Shown: positions 27,604-39,539 of the stretch, piece by piece
Layout: every line of letters begins with the position of its first letter
How positions within the stretch are numbered: position 1 is the first letter of the stretch
Assembly (NCBI RefSeq): GCF_053078305.1
Contig: NZ_CP166879.1
DNA: 64,000 nucleotides
Direction: 5' to 3' (one strand)
Translations under genes and position numbers: made by a program
Notes under the pieces: generated by a model
The model's input: only the letters and a program-made list of their open reading frames with translations
Databases searched by the model: none
Told to the model about the DNA's origin: nothing

Positions 27604-28689
27604 ATGACATTACTCGCTTCGCTGCGCGACTGGCTTAAGGCGCAACAACTGGATGCGGTGCTTCTCTCCTCACGGCAGAACAAACAGCCGCATCTGGGGA
27701 TCTCCACCGGATCAGGCTATGTGCTGATTAGCCGTGAAAGTGCGCACATTCTGGTGGACTCGCGCTATTACGCGGATGTAGAAGCCCGCACGCAAGGTTA
27801 CCAGCTGCATTTGCTTGACGCGACGCACACGCTTACAACCATCGCCAGGCAAATCATTGCCGATGAGCAGTTGCAAACGCTCGGTTTTGAAGGCCAGCAG
27901 GTGAGTTGGGAAACCGCGCACCGCTGGCAGTCTGAACTCAATGCGAAACTGGTAAGCGCCACGCCGGATGTGCTGCGGCAAATCAAAACGCCAGAGGAGG
28001 TGGAGAAAATCCGCCTTGCCTGTGGGATTGCCGATCGCGGTGCAGAGCATATTCGCCGCTTTATTCAGGCGGGGATGAGCGAGCGCGAGATAGCCGCTGA
28101 ACTGGAGTGGTTTATGCGCCAGCAGGGCGCAGAAAAAACCTCTTTTGACACCATTGTCGCCAGTGGCTGGCGTGGGGCGCTGCCGCACGGCAAAGCCAGC
28201 GACAAGATTGTTGCAGCGGGCGAGTTTGTCACTCTCGATTTCGGTGCGCTGTATCAGGGCTACTGCTCTGATATGACGCGCACCTTGCTGGTGAATGGCG
28301 AAGGGGTGAGCGCCGAATCTCATCCGCTGTTTAACGTCTATCAGATTGTTTTGCAGGCACAGCTCGCAGCAATCTCTGCAATTCGCCCCGGCGTGCGCTG
28401 CCAGCAGGCTGACGACGCCGCGCGCCGGGTGATTACCGAGGCAGGATTTGGCGACTATTTTGGTCACAACACCGATCATGCTATTGGCATTGAAGTACAC
28501 GAAGATCCGCGCTTTTCACCGCGGGATACCACGACGCTACAGCCAGGCATGTTACTGACCGTGGAGCCGGGGATTTATTTGCCAGGGCAAGGGGGCGTGC
28601 GCATCGAGGATGTTGTGCTGGTCACCCCGCAAGGCGCAGAAGTGCTCTACGCCATGCCGAAAACAGTGTTGCTCACGGGAGAGGCATAA
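27604..28689 (+). CDS. ypdF: M24-family Xaa-Pro aminopeptidase
   Basis: 361 aa; pita-bread fold metal-ligand region ([13 protein letters not shown]..., [10 protein letters not shown]). Confidence 0.85.
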   Translation: MTLLASLRDWLKAQQLDAVLLSSRQNKQPHLGISTGSGYVLISRESAHILVDSRYYADVEARTQGYQLHLLDATHTLTTIARQIIADEQLQTLGFEGQQVSWETAHRWQSELNAKLVSATPDVLRQIKTPEEVEKIRLACGIADRGAEHIRRFIQAGMSEREIAAELEWFMRQQGAEKTSFDTIVASGWRGALPHGKASDKIVAAGEFVTLDFGALYQGYCSDMTRTLLVNGEGVSAESHPLFNVYQIVLQAQLAAISAIRPGVRCQQADDAARRVITEAGFGDYFGHNTDHAIGIEVHEDPRFSPRDTTTLQPGMLLTVEPGIYLPGQGGVRIEDVVLVTPQGAEVLYAMPKTVLLTGEA

Positions 28690-29726
28690 TGGATTTATCG
28701 CTATTAAAAGCGTTGAGCGAGGCAGATGCGATCGCCTCCTCGGAACAGGAAGTGCGGCAGATCCTGCTGGAAGAAGCGGATCGCCTGCAAAAAGAAGTGC
28801 GATTTGATGGTCTGGGATCGGTGCTGATCCGCCTCAATGAATCGACAGGTCCGAAAGTGATGATCTGTGCGCATATGGACGAAGTTGGATTTATGGTGCG
28901 CAGTATCTCCCGCGAAGGCGCAATTGATGTGCTGCCGGTTGGCAACGTGCGCATGGCTGCCCGCCAGCTGCAGCCGGTGCGCATCACCACCCGTGAAGAG
29001 TGCAAAATTCCAGGCCTGCTTGACGGCGACCGGCAGGGGAATGATGTCAGCGCCATGCGCGTGGATATTGGCGCGCGCTCGTATGACGAAGTGATGCAGG
29101 CGGGAATTCGTCCAGGCGATCGCGTCACGTTCGATACCACTTTTCAGGTTCTCCCCCACCAGCGGGTGATGGGGAAAGCCTTTGATGACCGCCTCGGTTG
29201 CTATCTGCTGGTGACGTTACTACGTGAGCTGCACGACGCCGAACTGCCTGCGGAAGTGTGGCTGGTGGCAAGTTCCAGCGAAGAGGTGGGATTACGCGGC
29301 GGGCAAACTGCCACCCGCGCGGTGTCGCCGGACGTCGCCATTGTCCTTGATACCGCCTGCTGGGCGAAAAACTTTGATTATGGCGCGGCTAACCATCGCC
29401 AGATTGGTAACGGCCCGATGCTGGTGTTAAGCGACAAGTCACTGATTGCGCCGCCAAAACTCACCGCCTGGATCGAAACCGTGGCGGCAGAAATTGGCGT
29501 GCCGTTACAGGCGGATATGTTCAGTAACGGCGGCACGGACGGTGGAGCGGTGCACTTAACCGGTACCGGCGTACCCACAGTGGTGATGGGGCCTGCCACC
29601 CGCCACGGACATTGCGCCGCGTCGATTGCCGATTGCCGCGACATTTTGCAGATGCAGCAGCTTTTATCTGCCCTTATTCAACGTCTTACGCGTGAGACGG
29701 TTGTTCAACTGACGGATTTCAGATGA
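28689..29726 (+). CDS. ypdE: M42-family aminopeptidase
   Basis: 345 aa; start overlaps ypdF stop (ATAATGG); M42 glutamyl aminopeptidase-like motifs ([15 protein letters not shown]). Confidence 0.85.
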   Translation: MDLSLLKALSEADAIASSEQEVRQILLEEADRLQKEVRFDGLGSVLIRLNESTGPKVMICAHMDEVGFMVRSISREGAIDVLPVGNVRMAARQLQPVRITTREECKIPGLLDGDRQGNDVSAMRVDIGARSYDEVMQAGIRPGDRVTFDTTFQVLPHQRVMGKAFDDRLGCYLLVTLLRELHDAELPAEVWLVASSSEEVGLRGGQTATRAVSPDVAIVLDTACWAKNFDYGAANHRQIGNGPMLVLSDKSLIAPPKLTAWIETVAAEIGVPLQADMFSNGGTDGGAVHLTGTGVPTVVMGPATRHGHCAASIADCRDILQMQQLLSALIQRLTRETVVQLTDFR

Positions 29727-29750
29727 TCTCCTGATTAACCCGGAGCGGTT

Positions 29751-32246
29751 ATGTTAACGATTCAATTTCTCTGTCCTTTGCCAAATGGTCTACATGCTCG
29801 TCCGGCGTGGGAGCTTAAAGAGCAGTGCAGCCAGTGGCAAAGCGAAATCACTTTTATTAACCATCGCCAGAACGCAAAGGCCGATGCCAAAAGCTCGCTG
29901 GCGCTGATTGGCACCGGCACCTTATTTAATGACAGTTGCAGCCTGAACATTAGCGGCAGCGATGAAGAGCAGGCGCGGCGCGTGCTGGAAGAGTACATCC
30001 AGGTGCGCTTTATCGACAGCGACAGCATCCAGCCAACGCAGGCAGAACTGACGGCGCATCCGCTGCCGCGTTCATTAAGTCGCCTGAACCCTGATTTACT
30101 GTATGGCAATGTGCTGGCAAGCGGCGTCGGTGTGGGGACGCTGACCCTGTTACAGAGCGACAGCCTCGACAGTTACCGGGCGATCCCCGCCAGTGCGCAA
30201 GATTCCACCCGGCTGGAGCACAGCCTGGCAACGCTTGCCGAGCAATTGAACCAGCAATTGCGTGAGCGTGACGGCGAAAGCAAAACTATCCTCAGCGCCC
30301 ATTTGTCGCTGATTCAGGATGATGAATTCGCGGGCAATATCCGTCGCCTGATGACAGAACAACATCAGGGGCTGGGGGCGGCGATTATCAGCAATATGGA
30401 GCAGGTTTGCGCCAAACTTTCTGCTTCTGCCAGTGATTATCTGCGCGAACGTGTTAGCGACATTCGCGATATCAGCGAACAGTTACTGCATATCACCTGG
30501 CCGGAACTGAAGCCGCGCAACAATCTGGTGCTGGAAAAACCGACTATTCTGGTGGCCGAGGATTTAACCCCAAGCCAGTTTTTAAGCCTGGATTTAAAAA
30601 ATCTTGCGGGCATGATTCTGGAGAAAACCGGGCGCACCTCGCATACCCTGATTCTGGCCCGCGCCTCGGCGATCCCGGTACTGAGCGGCCTGCCGCTGGA
30701 TGCGATTGCCCGTTATGCCGGGCAACCTGCAGTGCTTGACGCCCAGTGCGGCGTGCTGGCGATTAACCTGAATGACGCGGTGAGCGGTTATTATCAGGTC
30801 GCGCAGACGCTGGCGGATAAACGCCAAAAACAACAGGCGCAGGCTGCCGCGCAGCTGGCTTATTCCCGTGATAACAAGCGTATTGATATCGCGGCGAATA
30901 TTGGCACCGCTCTGGAAGCGCCTGGCGCGTTTGCCAACGGCGCGGAAGGCGTCGGGCTGTTCCGTACCGAAATGCTCTATATGGATCGCGACAGCGCGCC
31001 GGACGAGCAGGAGCAATTTGAAGCCTACCAGCAGGTGCTACTGGCAGCGGGCGACAAGCCGATTATCTTCCGCACAATGGACATCGGAGGCGATAAAAGC
31101 ATTCCTTATCTGAATATTCCCCAGGAAGAGAACCCGTTCCTCGGCTATCGCGCGGTACGTATTTACCCGGAATTTGCTGGCCTGTTCCGCACTCAACTGC
31201 GGGCCATTTTGCGCGCCGCCAGTTTCGGCAACGCCCAGTTGATGATCCCGATGGTCCACAGCCTCGATCAGATCTTATGGGTGAAGGGCGAGATCCAAAA
31301 AGCGATCGTTGAGCTTAAGCGCGATGGCCTGCGTCATGCAGAGACGATTACGCTGGGTATCATGGTGGAAGTGCCGTCGGTGTGCTACATCATCGATCAC
31401 TTCTGCGATGAGGTCGATTTCTTCAGTATCGGCTCCAACGATATGACCCAGTATCTGTATGCGGTCGATCGTAATAACCCGCGCGTATCGCCGCTATATA
31501 ACCCGATTACGCCATCGTTCCTGCGCATGTTGCAGCAAATAGTTACCACTGCGCATCAGCGGGGCAAATGGGTAGGCATTTGCGGTGAACTGGGCGGTGA
31601 AAGCCGTTATCTGCCGCTACTGCTTGGGCTGGGCCTGGATGAGCTGAGTATGAGTAGCCCGCGCATTCCGGCGGTGAAAAGCCAGCTTCGTCAACTGGAT
31701 AGCGAGGCGTGTCGGGAACTGGCACGTCAGGCGTGTGAATGTCGCAGCGCGCAGGAAATTGAAGCGTTACTCACCGCCTTTACGCCGGAAGAAGACGTTC
31801 GCCCGCTGCTGGCGCTGGAGAATATCTTCGTTGATCAGGCCTTTAGCAATAAAGAGCAGGCGATCCAGTTCCTGTGCGGTAACCTCGGCGTTAACGGGCG
31901 CACTGAACATCCGTTCGAGCTGGAAGAGGATGTCTGGCAGCGGGAAGAGATTGTCACCACTGGCGTTGGTTTTGGCGTGGCGATCCCGCACACCAAATCT
32001 CAGTGGATCCGTCATTCCAGTATCAGCATTGCCCGGCTGGCGAAACCGGTTGACTGGCAGTCAGAAATGGGCGAAGTCGAACTGGTGATCATGCTGACGC
32101 TGGGTGCTAACGAAGGGATGAATCATGTGAAAGTCTTCTCGCAGCTGGCGCGTAAACTGGTGAATAAAAACTTCCGCCAGTCGTTGTTTGCCGCGCAAGA
32201 TGCACAAAGTATCCTGACGCTGCTGGAAACAGAATTAACCTTCTGA
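29751..32246 (+). CDS. fryA: multiphosphoryl transfer protein (HPr-like + enzyme I-like + EIIA-like domains), fructose-like PTS
   Basis: 831 aa; N-terminal HPr-like domain (LPNGLHARPA), central EI domain paralogous to ptsI in this window, C-terminal IIA-like. Confidence 0.88.
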   Translation: MLTIQFLCPLPNGLHARPAWELKEQCSQWQSEITFINHRQNAKADAKSSLALIGTGTLFNDSCSLNISGSDEEQARRVLEEYIQVRFIDSDSIQPTQAELTAHPLPRSLSRLNPDLLYGNVLASGVGVGTLTLLQSDSLDSYRAIPASAQDSTRLEHSLATLAEQLNQQLRERDGESKTILSAHLSLIQDDEFAGNIRRLMTEQHQGLGAAIISNMEQVCAKLSASASDYLRERVSDIRDISEQLLHITWPELKPRNNLVLEKPTILVAEDLTPSQFLSLDLKNLAGMILEKTGRTSHTLILARASAIPVLSGLPLDAIARYAGQPAVLDAQCGVLAINLNDAVSGYYQVAQTLADKRQKQQAQAAAQLAYSRDNKRIDIAANIGTALEAPGAFANGAEGVGLFRTEMLYMDRDSAPDEQEQFEAYQQVLLAAGDKPIIFRTMDIGGDKSIPYLNIPQEENPFLGYRAVRIYPEFAGLFRTQLRAILRAASFGNAQLMIPMVHSLDQILWVKGEIQKAIVELKRDGLRHAETITLGIMVEVPSVCYIIDHFCDEVDFFSIGSNDMTQYLYAVDRNNPRVSPLYNPITPSFLRMLQQIVTTAHQRGKWVGICGELGGESRYLPLLLGLGLDELSMSSPRIPAVKSQLRQLDSEACRELARQACECRSAQEIEALLTAFTPEEDVRPLLALENIFVDQAFSNKEQAIQFLCGNLGVNGRTEHPFELEEDVWQREEIVTTGVGFGVAIPHTKSQWIRHSSISIARLAKPVDWQSEMGEVELVIMLTLGANEGMNHVKVFSQLARKLVNKNFRQSLFAAQDAQSILTLLETELTF

Positions 32247-32248
32247 CG

Positions 32249-33106
32249 TTAGCCCTGAAAACGGGCGCTGTACTCTCCCGGCGTCAGACCAAACTGACGC
32301 CGGAAAACGCGACAAAAATAGTCGCTATCCGGAAAACCGCAACGCTGTGCCACTTCATGAATTGACAGATGATATTTCTGCAAAATCATCCTCGCCTTCG
32401 CCATTCGCACCCAACGCACATATTCGATAAAACGCATTGTTCCATGCTGAGCAAACAGTTTTGACAGATGATTGGGCGTGATATTAAAAAACTGTGCCAC
32501 GCTCTCGCGGGTGAGCTGCTGGGCATAATTATCCTGAACCCAGTTACAAATGCTGTGATAGAGAAAATCGCCGCGCGGCTGCGAATTGCCCGGTGGCATA
32601 TTCACCACGTTGCGGCAAAGATGCAGCAAACTTAACACCAGTGGCTGAATGATATTCTGCTCCAGCGGCGAACGGCTAAGATGGGTGAGGGCGGTAAGTA
32701 TCGCTTCACCTTCACCGCGTTGCAGGCTGGGAAGCTGGATCTGGCGGGCTGGATGCAACAACGACGTGGTGCGGCTATCGTAAAACGATAACCCAAGCCA
32801 GGTCGGTGCGAACACCAGACTTAACAGCATCACCGGTTTGTTGTTGATCGGTAAATTAGCCGCGCGCGCCGGAATAAACAGCATTTCTCCTTCCACCAAA
32901 CGTTGCTGCTTTGCTTCCAGCAGATTGCCGTATTCGCCGCGCAGCACGATATCCAGACGGGGAAAATCAATACATAAACTGCCCACCGGCAACGAGGCAG
33001 GCTGGCTGGCAAACCAGACGCGCCCCAGTAGTTGCGGGTTAAGCACCAGGCCGCTGAACAGATCGGCGAAAAATTGTTGATCGGCGGGCAAGCCTGGTGC
33101 TTTCAT
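32249..33106 (-). CDS. ypdC: AraC-family transcriptional regulator
   Basis: 285 aa; C-terminal AraC HTH (SIHEVAQRCGFPDSDYFCRVFRRQFGLTPGEY). Confidence 0.85.
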   Translation of the reverse strand: MKAPGLPADQQFFADLFSGLVLNPQLLGRVWFASQPASLPVGSLCIDFPRLDIVLRGEYGNLLEAKQQRLVEGEMLFIPARAANLPINNKPVMLLSLVFAPTWLGLSFYDSRTTSLLHPARQIQLPSLQRGEGEAILTALTHLSRSPLEQNIIQPLVLSLLHLCRNVVNMPPGNSQPRGDFLYHSICNWVQDNYAQQLTRESVAQFFNITPNHLSKLFAQHGTMRFIEYVRWVRMAKARMILQKYHLSIHEVAQRCGFPDSDYFCRVFRRQFGLTPGEYSARFQG

Positions 33107-33118
33107 GAAAGTTCCCGA

Positions 33119-33853
33119 TTAAAGATGCATTAACTGGCGAAATTCTTTTACTTTGCTGCGGCTGACTGGCACTTCAAAATCCAGATCTTTCAGCCGCAGA
33201 ATATAGGTGTTATTAAACCACGGTTCGATCTCGCGGATTTTGTTCAGATTGACACAAAATGAGCGATGGCAGCGGAAAAAATGCGACGGCGGCAGTTTGC
33301 TGCAAAATTCGGTAATGTTCATCGGCATTACGTAGGATTCACGCCGCGTATAAACAAAGGTCATTTTCTCGTGCGCTTCGGCGTAATAGATATCGTTAAT
33401 GGGGGTGACGATTATTCGCTCATCTTTCACCAGATTAATGGTGTCATTCTCACGCGTTACCGTCGCGGCAGGCGTGCTGCTGGTCTGCTGTTGTTGCCAG
33501 GCCGCTTCCAGTTTTTGCAGCATCCCGGTAATGCGTGACTCCTGATACGGTTTGAGAATGTAGTCAAACGCCTCCAGTTCGAACGCTTCTACCGCATGTT
33601 CTTTCCACGCGGTGATGAACACAATAAACGGTTTATGGGCGAACTGGCTGATGTTTTGTGCCAGCAACACACCATCCAGCGACGGAATATTGATATCCAG
33701 AAAAATGGCGTCGACGCGGTTATGCTGCAAAAACTTCAACACGTCCAGACCGTCGTCAAAGGTGCCGACAATCTCCATCTGGCTGTGCTCTTTAATTAGC
33801 CAGCTCAGTTCCTGTTGTGCCAGGAATTCGTCTTCAACAATGATGACTTTCAC
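33119..33853 (-). CDS. ypdB: LytTR-family response regulator (two-component partner of ypdA)
   Basis: Receiver domain (VKVIIVEDE..., D in FLDINIP) plus C-terminal LytTR; start chosen as GTG giving 244 aa, track ORF extends to 33871. Confidence 0.8.
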   Translation of the reverse strand: MKVIIVEDEFLAQQELSWLIKEHSQMEIVGTFDDGLDVLKFLQHNRVDAIFLDINIPSLDGVLLAQNISQFAHKPFIVFITAWKEHAVEAFELEAFDYILKPYQESRITGMLQKLEAAWQQQQTSSTPAATVTRENDTINLVKDERIIVTPINDIYYAEAHEKMTFVYTRRESYVMPMNITEFCSKLPPSHFFRCHRSFCVNLNKIREIEPWFNNTYILRLKDLDFEVPVSRSKVKEFRQLMHL

Positions 33854-33867
33854 AATATCACTCCGGC

Positions 33868-35565
33868 TCAAAGCAATAACGTAGCCTGTGAGGCGACTGG
33901 GGTGCGTTGGTTAGGAATGTAAAACGCAATTTCCGTTCCTGGTTCCAGGCGGCGGATATGCAGCCCCTCGCCATACAATAACTTCACGCGATGATGAACA
34001 TTCAGCAGGCCAATTTTATTGCCCGGCATTTCATTCGCTTCGACCCGCTCAATCACCTTTGGATCGATGCCGTGCCCGGTATCCCGCACCGCAATGCGTA
34101 CCCGATTGCCGCACTCTGCAACGCTGATGGTGACAACGCCTTTACCTTTGCAAGGCTGGATACCGTGGACAATGGCATTCTCCACCAACGGCTGGATCAG
34201 CAGGCTGGGAATGCAGCAATTCACCTCTTCATCAATATCATAGATAACCGTGAGCTTGTCGCCAAAGCGGGCCTGCTCAATGGCAATATAGTCTTTAATT
34301 TGATACAGCTCTTTTTTGATATCGATTTGCTCATCGTCTTTTAATTCAATGTTATAGCGCAGATAACGCGACAGATTAAAGATCAGCTGGCGAGCGGTAT
34401 CCGGATTCAGACGGATCGACGATGAAATAGCGTTCAGAGCGTTAAACAGAAAATGGGGATTAATTTTGCTTTGCAGGGCGCGAAGCTCTGCCTTATTTGC
34501 CATTTCACGTAGCTGCTCGGCGCGTGAAACCTCCAGTTGCGTGGAGATGATTTGCGACAGACCAACCGCCATTTCCTGTAATGACGAGGTTATCTGATGC
34601 GCGTGGCAGTAGTAAATTTTCAGCGTTCCGGTCACAACGCCTTTCTCCCACAATGGGATCACCAGCATGGAATGAATCTCTGGTGTGCGGTGGGCTTCAT
34701 CATTGTTTTTAATGATGATTTTTCCGTAATTCATCGCCTGACGGGTAGTCGGGCTAATGAAGTCATCGCCATTCTGATAGTTATGTTCACCCACGCCAAC
34801 ATAGGCCAGCACATGATCGGTATTGGTAATCGCCACCGCATCGGCGTGAATGTCATCGCGAATAATTTCACAAACTTTGCGTAATGACTCGCTATTGACA
34901 TGGCGAAACAGAGGTAGCGTTTTGTTGGCGATATCCAGCGCCAACTTGGCCTGCCGCGCGGCGCTGGCCTCTTTTTCGCCCTCAACGCTTTGCACCAGAA
35001 GCACAATAAAGCCGATACAGACGCTGCCGAGGATCATTGGAATCCCGATTTTAGAGACGATATCGATCCCCAACGCGGTAGTTGGTGCCCAGACAATCAC
35101 CAGAATCATGGTCAACGTTTCACACAACATGCCGCCGAGAATACCGACGCGCCAGCGCTGTGCTTTGGGGATTTTCAGGTTGATCCAGCCCGATATACAA
35201 CCAGCCAGAATGCTGGTGATAAAGCAGGGGATCGCCGTCACGCCACCGATATCAATTAAATAACGATGAATACCCGCAATCACGCCGGTAATGATGCCCA
35301 CCCACGGGCCAAACAGAATCCCGCCGGACATCACCGCGATAATACGTACGTTCACCAGCGAGCCTTCTACGGGAACGCCGGACCAGGTGCTGAAGAGGGC
35401 GAACAGCGAGAAAATGGCGGTAACGGCGAGCAACTCTTTCGGTGAGTGTGCCGACTTGTGCAACAGTTCGCGAAACAGGCGGATACGGATGAGAAAGAAC
35501 AGGCAGATAAGCATTAACGCTGCCCGATCGAAGACCGCCAGCAGCATGTTGAATATTTCGTGCAC
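33868..35565 (-). CDS. ypdA: LytS/5TMR-GAF-type sensor histidine kinase
   Basis: 565 aa; N-terminal TM sensor, GAF-like region, His-kinase H-box ([11 protein letters not shown]) and ATPase domain. Confidence 0.85.
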
Positions 35566-35941
35566 GGGTGACTCTGAATAAGGATTAAACCTCTATGATA
35601 GGTAACCTGAAGGCTGATGACCAGCAGGCCGTTTTTGAGGAAAAACCACAATTTTAAAAGGGGATTGATAGATAAATGGTGTATTAGCAATGCATCTCTT
35701 GATAATGCACTTCTGGTTAGTAAATTTATTGAAATTATTATGTTAATAAAATGAGTGGTAATTTTCTTGTTAGCGCAGATAATTTTCCTGTTTTTAAAGC
35801 AGAGTTCCTCATTTAACGTCATTAATAAAAATGTTCTAAAACGCTGGACAGACAGAAATTAATCAGGCTATTTTCAAAACAGCCACCATCGTGGCAGCGT
35901 CGCTCGGACGGTCCGGGCGCTAACGTTAATCTGAGGAAATT

Positions 35942-37180
35942 ATGGCTGACACTCGCCCTGAACGTCGCTTTACGCGCATTGATCGTCTCCCGCCCTATGT
36001 TTTTAACATTACCGCTGAACTGAAAATGGCTGCGCGTCGGCGCGGCGAAGATATTATCGATTTCAGTATGGGTAACCCGGACGGTGCGACTCCGCCGCAT
36101 ATCGTCGAAAAATTATGTACTGTGGCCCAGCGCCCGGACACGCATGGTTACTCCACTTCACGCGGTATTCCGCGGCTACGTCGCGCCATTTCCCGCTGGT
36201 ATCAGGATCGCTACGACGTTGAAATCGACCCGGAATCAGAAGCCATCGTCACTATTGGTTCGAAAGAGGGCCTGGCGCATCTGATGCTGGCGACACTGGA
36301 TCACGGTGACACAGTGCTGGTGCCGAATCCAAGTTACCCCATTCATATTTACGGCGCGGTGATTGCCGGGGCTCAGGTACGCTCAGTGCCGCTGGTGGAA
36401 GGTGTCGATTTCTTCAACGAACTGGAGCGCGCCATTCGTGAAAGTTATCCGAAACCGAAGATGATGATCCTCGGCTTCCCGTCGAACCCAACCGCGCAAT
36501 GCGTGGAACTGGAGTTCTTCGAAAAGGTTGTGGCGCTGGCGAAACGCTACGATGTGCTGGTGGTCCATGACCTGGCCTATGCCGATATCGTCTACGATGG
36601 CTGGAAAGCGCCGTCAATCATGCAGGTGCCGGGTGCACGCGATGTGGCGGTCGAGTTCTTTACGCTGTCGAAAAGCTACAACATGGCGGGCTGGCGTATC
36701 GGCTTTATGGTTGGCAACAAAACGCTGGTCAGCGCCCTGGCACGTATTAAAAGCTATCACGATTACGGCACCTTTACGCCGTTGCAGGTGGCGGCGATTG
36801 CGGCACTCGAGGGCGATCAACAGTGCGTGCGCGACATTGCCGAACAGTACAAACGCCGCCGTGATGTATTGGTTAAAGGGCTGCATGAAGCGGGCTGGAT
36901 GGTCGAAATGCCGAAGGCTTCGATGTATGTCTGGGCGAAAATACCGGAACCGTATGCTGCCATGGGCTCGCTGGAATTTGCCAAGAAATTGCTTAACGAA
37001 GCGAAGGTCTGTGTCTCTCCGGGGATTGGCTTTGGCGACTATGGTGATACGCATGTGCGCTTTGCACTGATTGAAAACCGCGACCGTATTCGTCAGGCGA
37101 TTCGTGGGATTAAAGCGATGTTCCGTGCCGACGGTTTACTACCCGCCAGCAGCAAACATATTCACGAAAACGCGGAATAA
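35942..37180 (+). CDS. alaC: PLP-dependent aminotransferase (glutamate-pyruvate type)
   Basis: 412 aa class I aminotransferase; PLP lysine context ([12 protein letters not shown]). Confidence 0.9.
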   Translation: MADTRPERRFTRIDRLPPYVFNITAELKMAARRRGEDIIDFSMGNPDGATPPHIVEKLCTVAQRPDTHGYSTSRGIPRLRRAISRWYQDRYDVEIDPESEAIVTIGSKEGLAHLMLATLDHGDTVLVPNPSYPIHIYGAVIAGAQVRSVPLVEGVDFFNELERAIRESYPKPKMMILGFPSNPTAQCVELEFFEKVVALAKRYDVLVVHDLAYADIVYDGWKAPSIMQVPGARDVAVEFFTLSKSYNMAGWRIGFMVGNKTLVSALARIKSYHDYGTFTPLQVAAIAALEGDQQCVRDIAEQYKRRRDVLVKGLHEAGWMVEMPKASMYVWAKIPEPYAAMGSLEFAKKLLNEAKVCVSPGIGFGDYGDTHVRFALIENRDRIRQAIRGIKAMFRADGLLPASSKHIHENAE

Positions 37181-37197
37181 ACACCGACCTCAGAAAT

Positions 37198-37228
37198 GCA
37201 AACAGGAGCCTGATGGCTCCTGTTTTTC
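37198..37228. terminator. rho-independent terminator after alaC
   Basis: AAACAGGAGCCtgatGGCTCCTGTTTttc. Confidence 0.7.
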
Positions 37229-37244
37229 ATTGCACAGTTTGCTT

Positions 37245-37316
37245 TTAGATCATCAGGGCAAAAGTACCGGCCCAAACGATGACCATAAAAGAAATGCCCA
37301 TAAAGAAATATTTCAC
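37245..37316 (-). CDS. ypdK: 23-aa small membrane protein (GTG start)
   Basis: Minus-strand reading GTG AAA TAT TTC TTT ATG GGC ... = (M)KYFFMGISFMVIVWAGTFALMI*, matching my recollection of YpdK; too short for the ORF track. Confidence 0.4.
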   Translation of the reverse strand: MKYFFMGISFMVIVWAGTFALMI

Positions 37317-37671
37317 TTTACATCTCTCCGCGTAATTGCTGTTACGCCTGAATGACTTCATTACACCTGATACAGTGAGTTGACACCGGGCAAAACGACC
37401 TTAAAAGTCCTGTATTTTACCGTGGGCATCACCCCAGAATTCTGAGCTAAACTGCTCGAGACGGCGCTAATGTACGCCTAAAACTGAAACGAGACAAGAG
37501 GCATTTTCTTATTTACTTTTAGTAACTTACAGGTGTCTCATATCGGCGACAGTTTAATTTCTGACGGTAATAATTAGATATTCAGCGAAGGAAAAAACCT
37601 TAAGAAAAAAGCCATAAAAACCATGAGGTTATTATGGCTTATGTGAGGAGGTAAAGAGTCAGAGCAGTTTG

Positions 37672-38592
37672 TTAAATGTATAACGACGATTCTCCCACCG
37701 GGCGCGTTTTAAAGCGACGGTGGATCCAGAGGTACTGCTCCGGTGCGCGCATGATTTCTTTCTCGATAATCTTGTTCATATAGGCAGCGGCTTGATTTTC
37801 ATCTGTCGGGTAGCCTTCCATCTCTGGGGTGATGAACAAACGATATCCGCTGTAATCCGCTTTTCTTACCATCGTTACGGTCAACATGGCTGCGCCAGAG
37901 AGACGGGAGAGAACATAGGTGCCATTGGTTGTGGCGACATTTTCTACCGCAAAGAACGGCGCGAAGGAGCTGCCTTTACGACCATAATCCTGATCGGGAG
38001 CAAACCATACCGCTTCACCTTTCTTCAGTGCACTGACAATGCCGCGCAGATTATTTCTGCCGATCATCGCTTTGTTAGAGCGCATGCGACCACGGGTCTG
38101 CACCCATTCCATCAGCTGATTATTATGTGGACGATAGGTAGCCATCATTGGCTGACAAAGTCCCATCACGCGGCCGCCCAGTTCCAGCGACATAAAATGG
38201 ACGCCGACAACCATTACGCCGCGATTTTGCATTTGTGCGCGTTTAAGGTTATCCAGCCCTTCAACATCAAACCATTTACGTACGCGACTGTCGGGCCAGA
38301 ACCACGCCATGCCGGTTTCTACCAGCGCCATGCCGAGTGAACGAAAGTTTTCGGCAATCATCTTCTCGCGTTCTTCCGCAGAATGCTGCGGGAAGCAAAG
38401 TTCCAGGTTTTTACGGGCGATAGATTCACGCCGTTTCAGGAATGGTCGCGCCATTGCGCCAATACGCGTGCCGAGAAAGCAGAGAACAGGATAAGGAAGC
38501 TGTACCCAAAGCCAGAGTACACCAAGCCCAAACCATGTGAGCCAGTAGCGAGGATGCAGAAACTCGCGGGAAAATTTGCATTGTGGAAACAT
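37672..38592 (-). CDS. lpxP: lipid A palmitoleoyl (cold-induced lauroyl-type) acyltransferase
   Basis: Start placed at MFPQCKFSREFLHPRYWLTW (306 aa); LpxL/LpxM family HX4D-type acyltransferase; track ORF extends 22 codons upstream. Confidence 0.85.
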   Translation of the reverse strand: MFPQCKFSREFLHPRYWLTWFGLGVLWLWVQLPYPVLCFLGTRIGAMARPFLKRRESIARKNLELCFPQHSAEEREKMIAENFRSLGMALVETGMAWFWPDSRVRKWFDVEGLDNLKRAQMQNRGVMVVGVHFMSLELGGRVMGLCQPMMATYRPHNNQLMEWVQTRGRMRSNKAMIGRNNLRGIVSALKKGEAVWFAPDQDYGRKGSSFAPFFAVENVATTNGTYVLSRLSGAAMLTVTMVRKADYSGYRLFITPEMEGYPTDENQAAAYMNKIIEKEIMRAPEQYLWIHRRFKTRPVGESSLYI

Positions 38593-38944
38593 AGTTACCT
38601 TCTGTAGATACGAATTGTTGTATCGCAGAAGATTCCATGTCGACAGCGGTACACTCAATTGATTAGGCCATCATGTACGACAATGGTTCCTGTAAAGAGT
38701 GTAAAGACTAGTCAGGACATAACCACGAGGAGCATGAATGCGGTGGCTCTACTTTATCACTGGCTGACTGCTTTCAGCTACTGATTATTAATCGTGCAAA
38801 GTAAAAAATTTTCCGTATGCAATAGTGTTGCATTTAACATGCTGTTTTCATTGATGCTTAGCAAAAATTGCCAGAGGTTAAGGATTGTCTTACTATTAAA
38901 GTGACTGAAGTTACAGGTTTTTTAGCGCGGCAGGAGGTTGAGCT

Positions 38945-39187
38945 ATGATTTATTTATGGATGTTTCTCGCCCTGTGTATTGTCTGCGTAAGCGGCTACAT
39001 CGGTCAGGTACTGAACGTGGTATCGGCGGTCTCTTCTTTCTTCGGCATGGTGATCCTCGCTGCACTCATTTATTACTTCACCATGTGGTTAACAGGCGGT
39101 AATGAACTGGTGACGGGGATATTTATGTTTCTTGCCCCGGCTTGTGGCTTGATGATTCGCTTTATGGTGGGGTATGGCAGGCGGTAG
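38945..39187 (+). CDS. yfdY: DUF2545 small membrane protein
   Basis: 80 aa hydrophobic ORF MIYLWMFLALCIVCVSGYIG. Confidence 0.65.
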   Translation: MIYLWMFLALCIVCVSGYIGQVLNVVSAVSSFFGMVILAALIYYFTMWLTGGNELVTGIFMFLAPACGLMIRFMVGYGRR

Positions 39188-39263
39188 TGGGTCAGGATGG
39201 CTCATTTGGGCAGGTGTTCACATCAGCATCAGACATGATTGCTCACCTGCCATGTGACAGACG

Positions 39264-39539
39264 CTATCGCACAGGATGAATAAGATAACTCGCCTTTGTC
39301 GGATAAGTGGGCGTGGTTTCTTCTGTGAGGTTTAATGGTGGCGCATCTTCTCTCATCTTAAACAAAATCGCCTGTGATGGCTGAAATTTTGTAGAGTGAG
39401 TTGTCGTCATCGCTGACGTTTTTTCCGTCTCTTTATAGCTCGCCTCACTACCACCACCAGAAATAGAAAATGCAAAAACATTGCATGCCATAATAGAGAC
39501 CAATAAAAATAAGCTAAAAAGCATTAAGTTTACTTTCAT
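39264..39539 (-). CDS. ypdI: putative lipoprotein YpdI
   Basis: 91 aa with signal peptide and lipobox-like MAC at residues 17-19. Confidence 0.65.
   Translation of the reverse strand: MKVNLMLFSLFLLVSIMACNVFAFSISGGGSEASYKETEKTSAMTTTHSTKFQPSQAILFKMREDAPPLNLTEETTPTYPTKASYLIHPVR

Noticed and set aside
27712-28500. 262-aa minus-strand ORF
   Set aside because: Antisense to ypdF (M24 peptidase with conserved metal-ligand motifs); no independent support.
36528-37070. 180-aa plus-strand ORF in an alternative frame
   Set aside because: Lies within alaC in a different frame; Arg/Trp-rich composition typical of out-of-frame translation.
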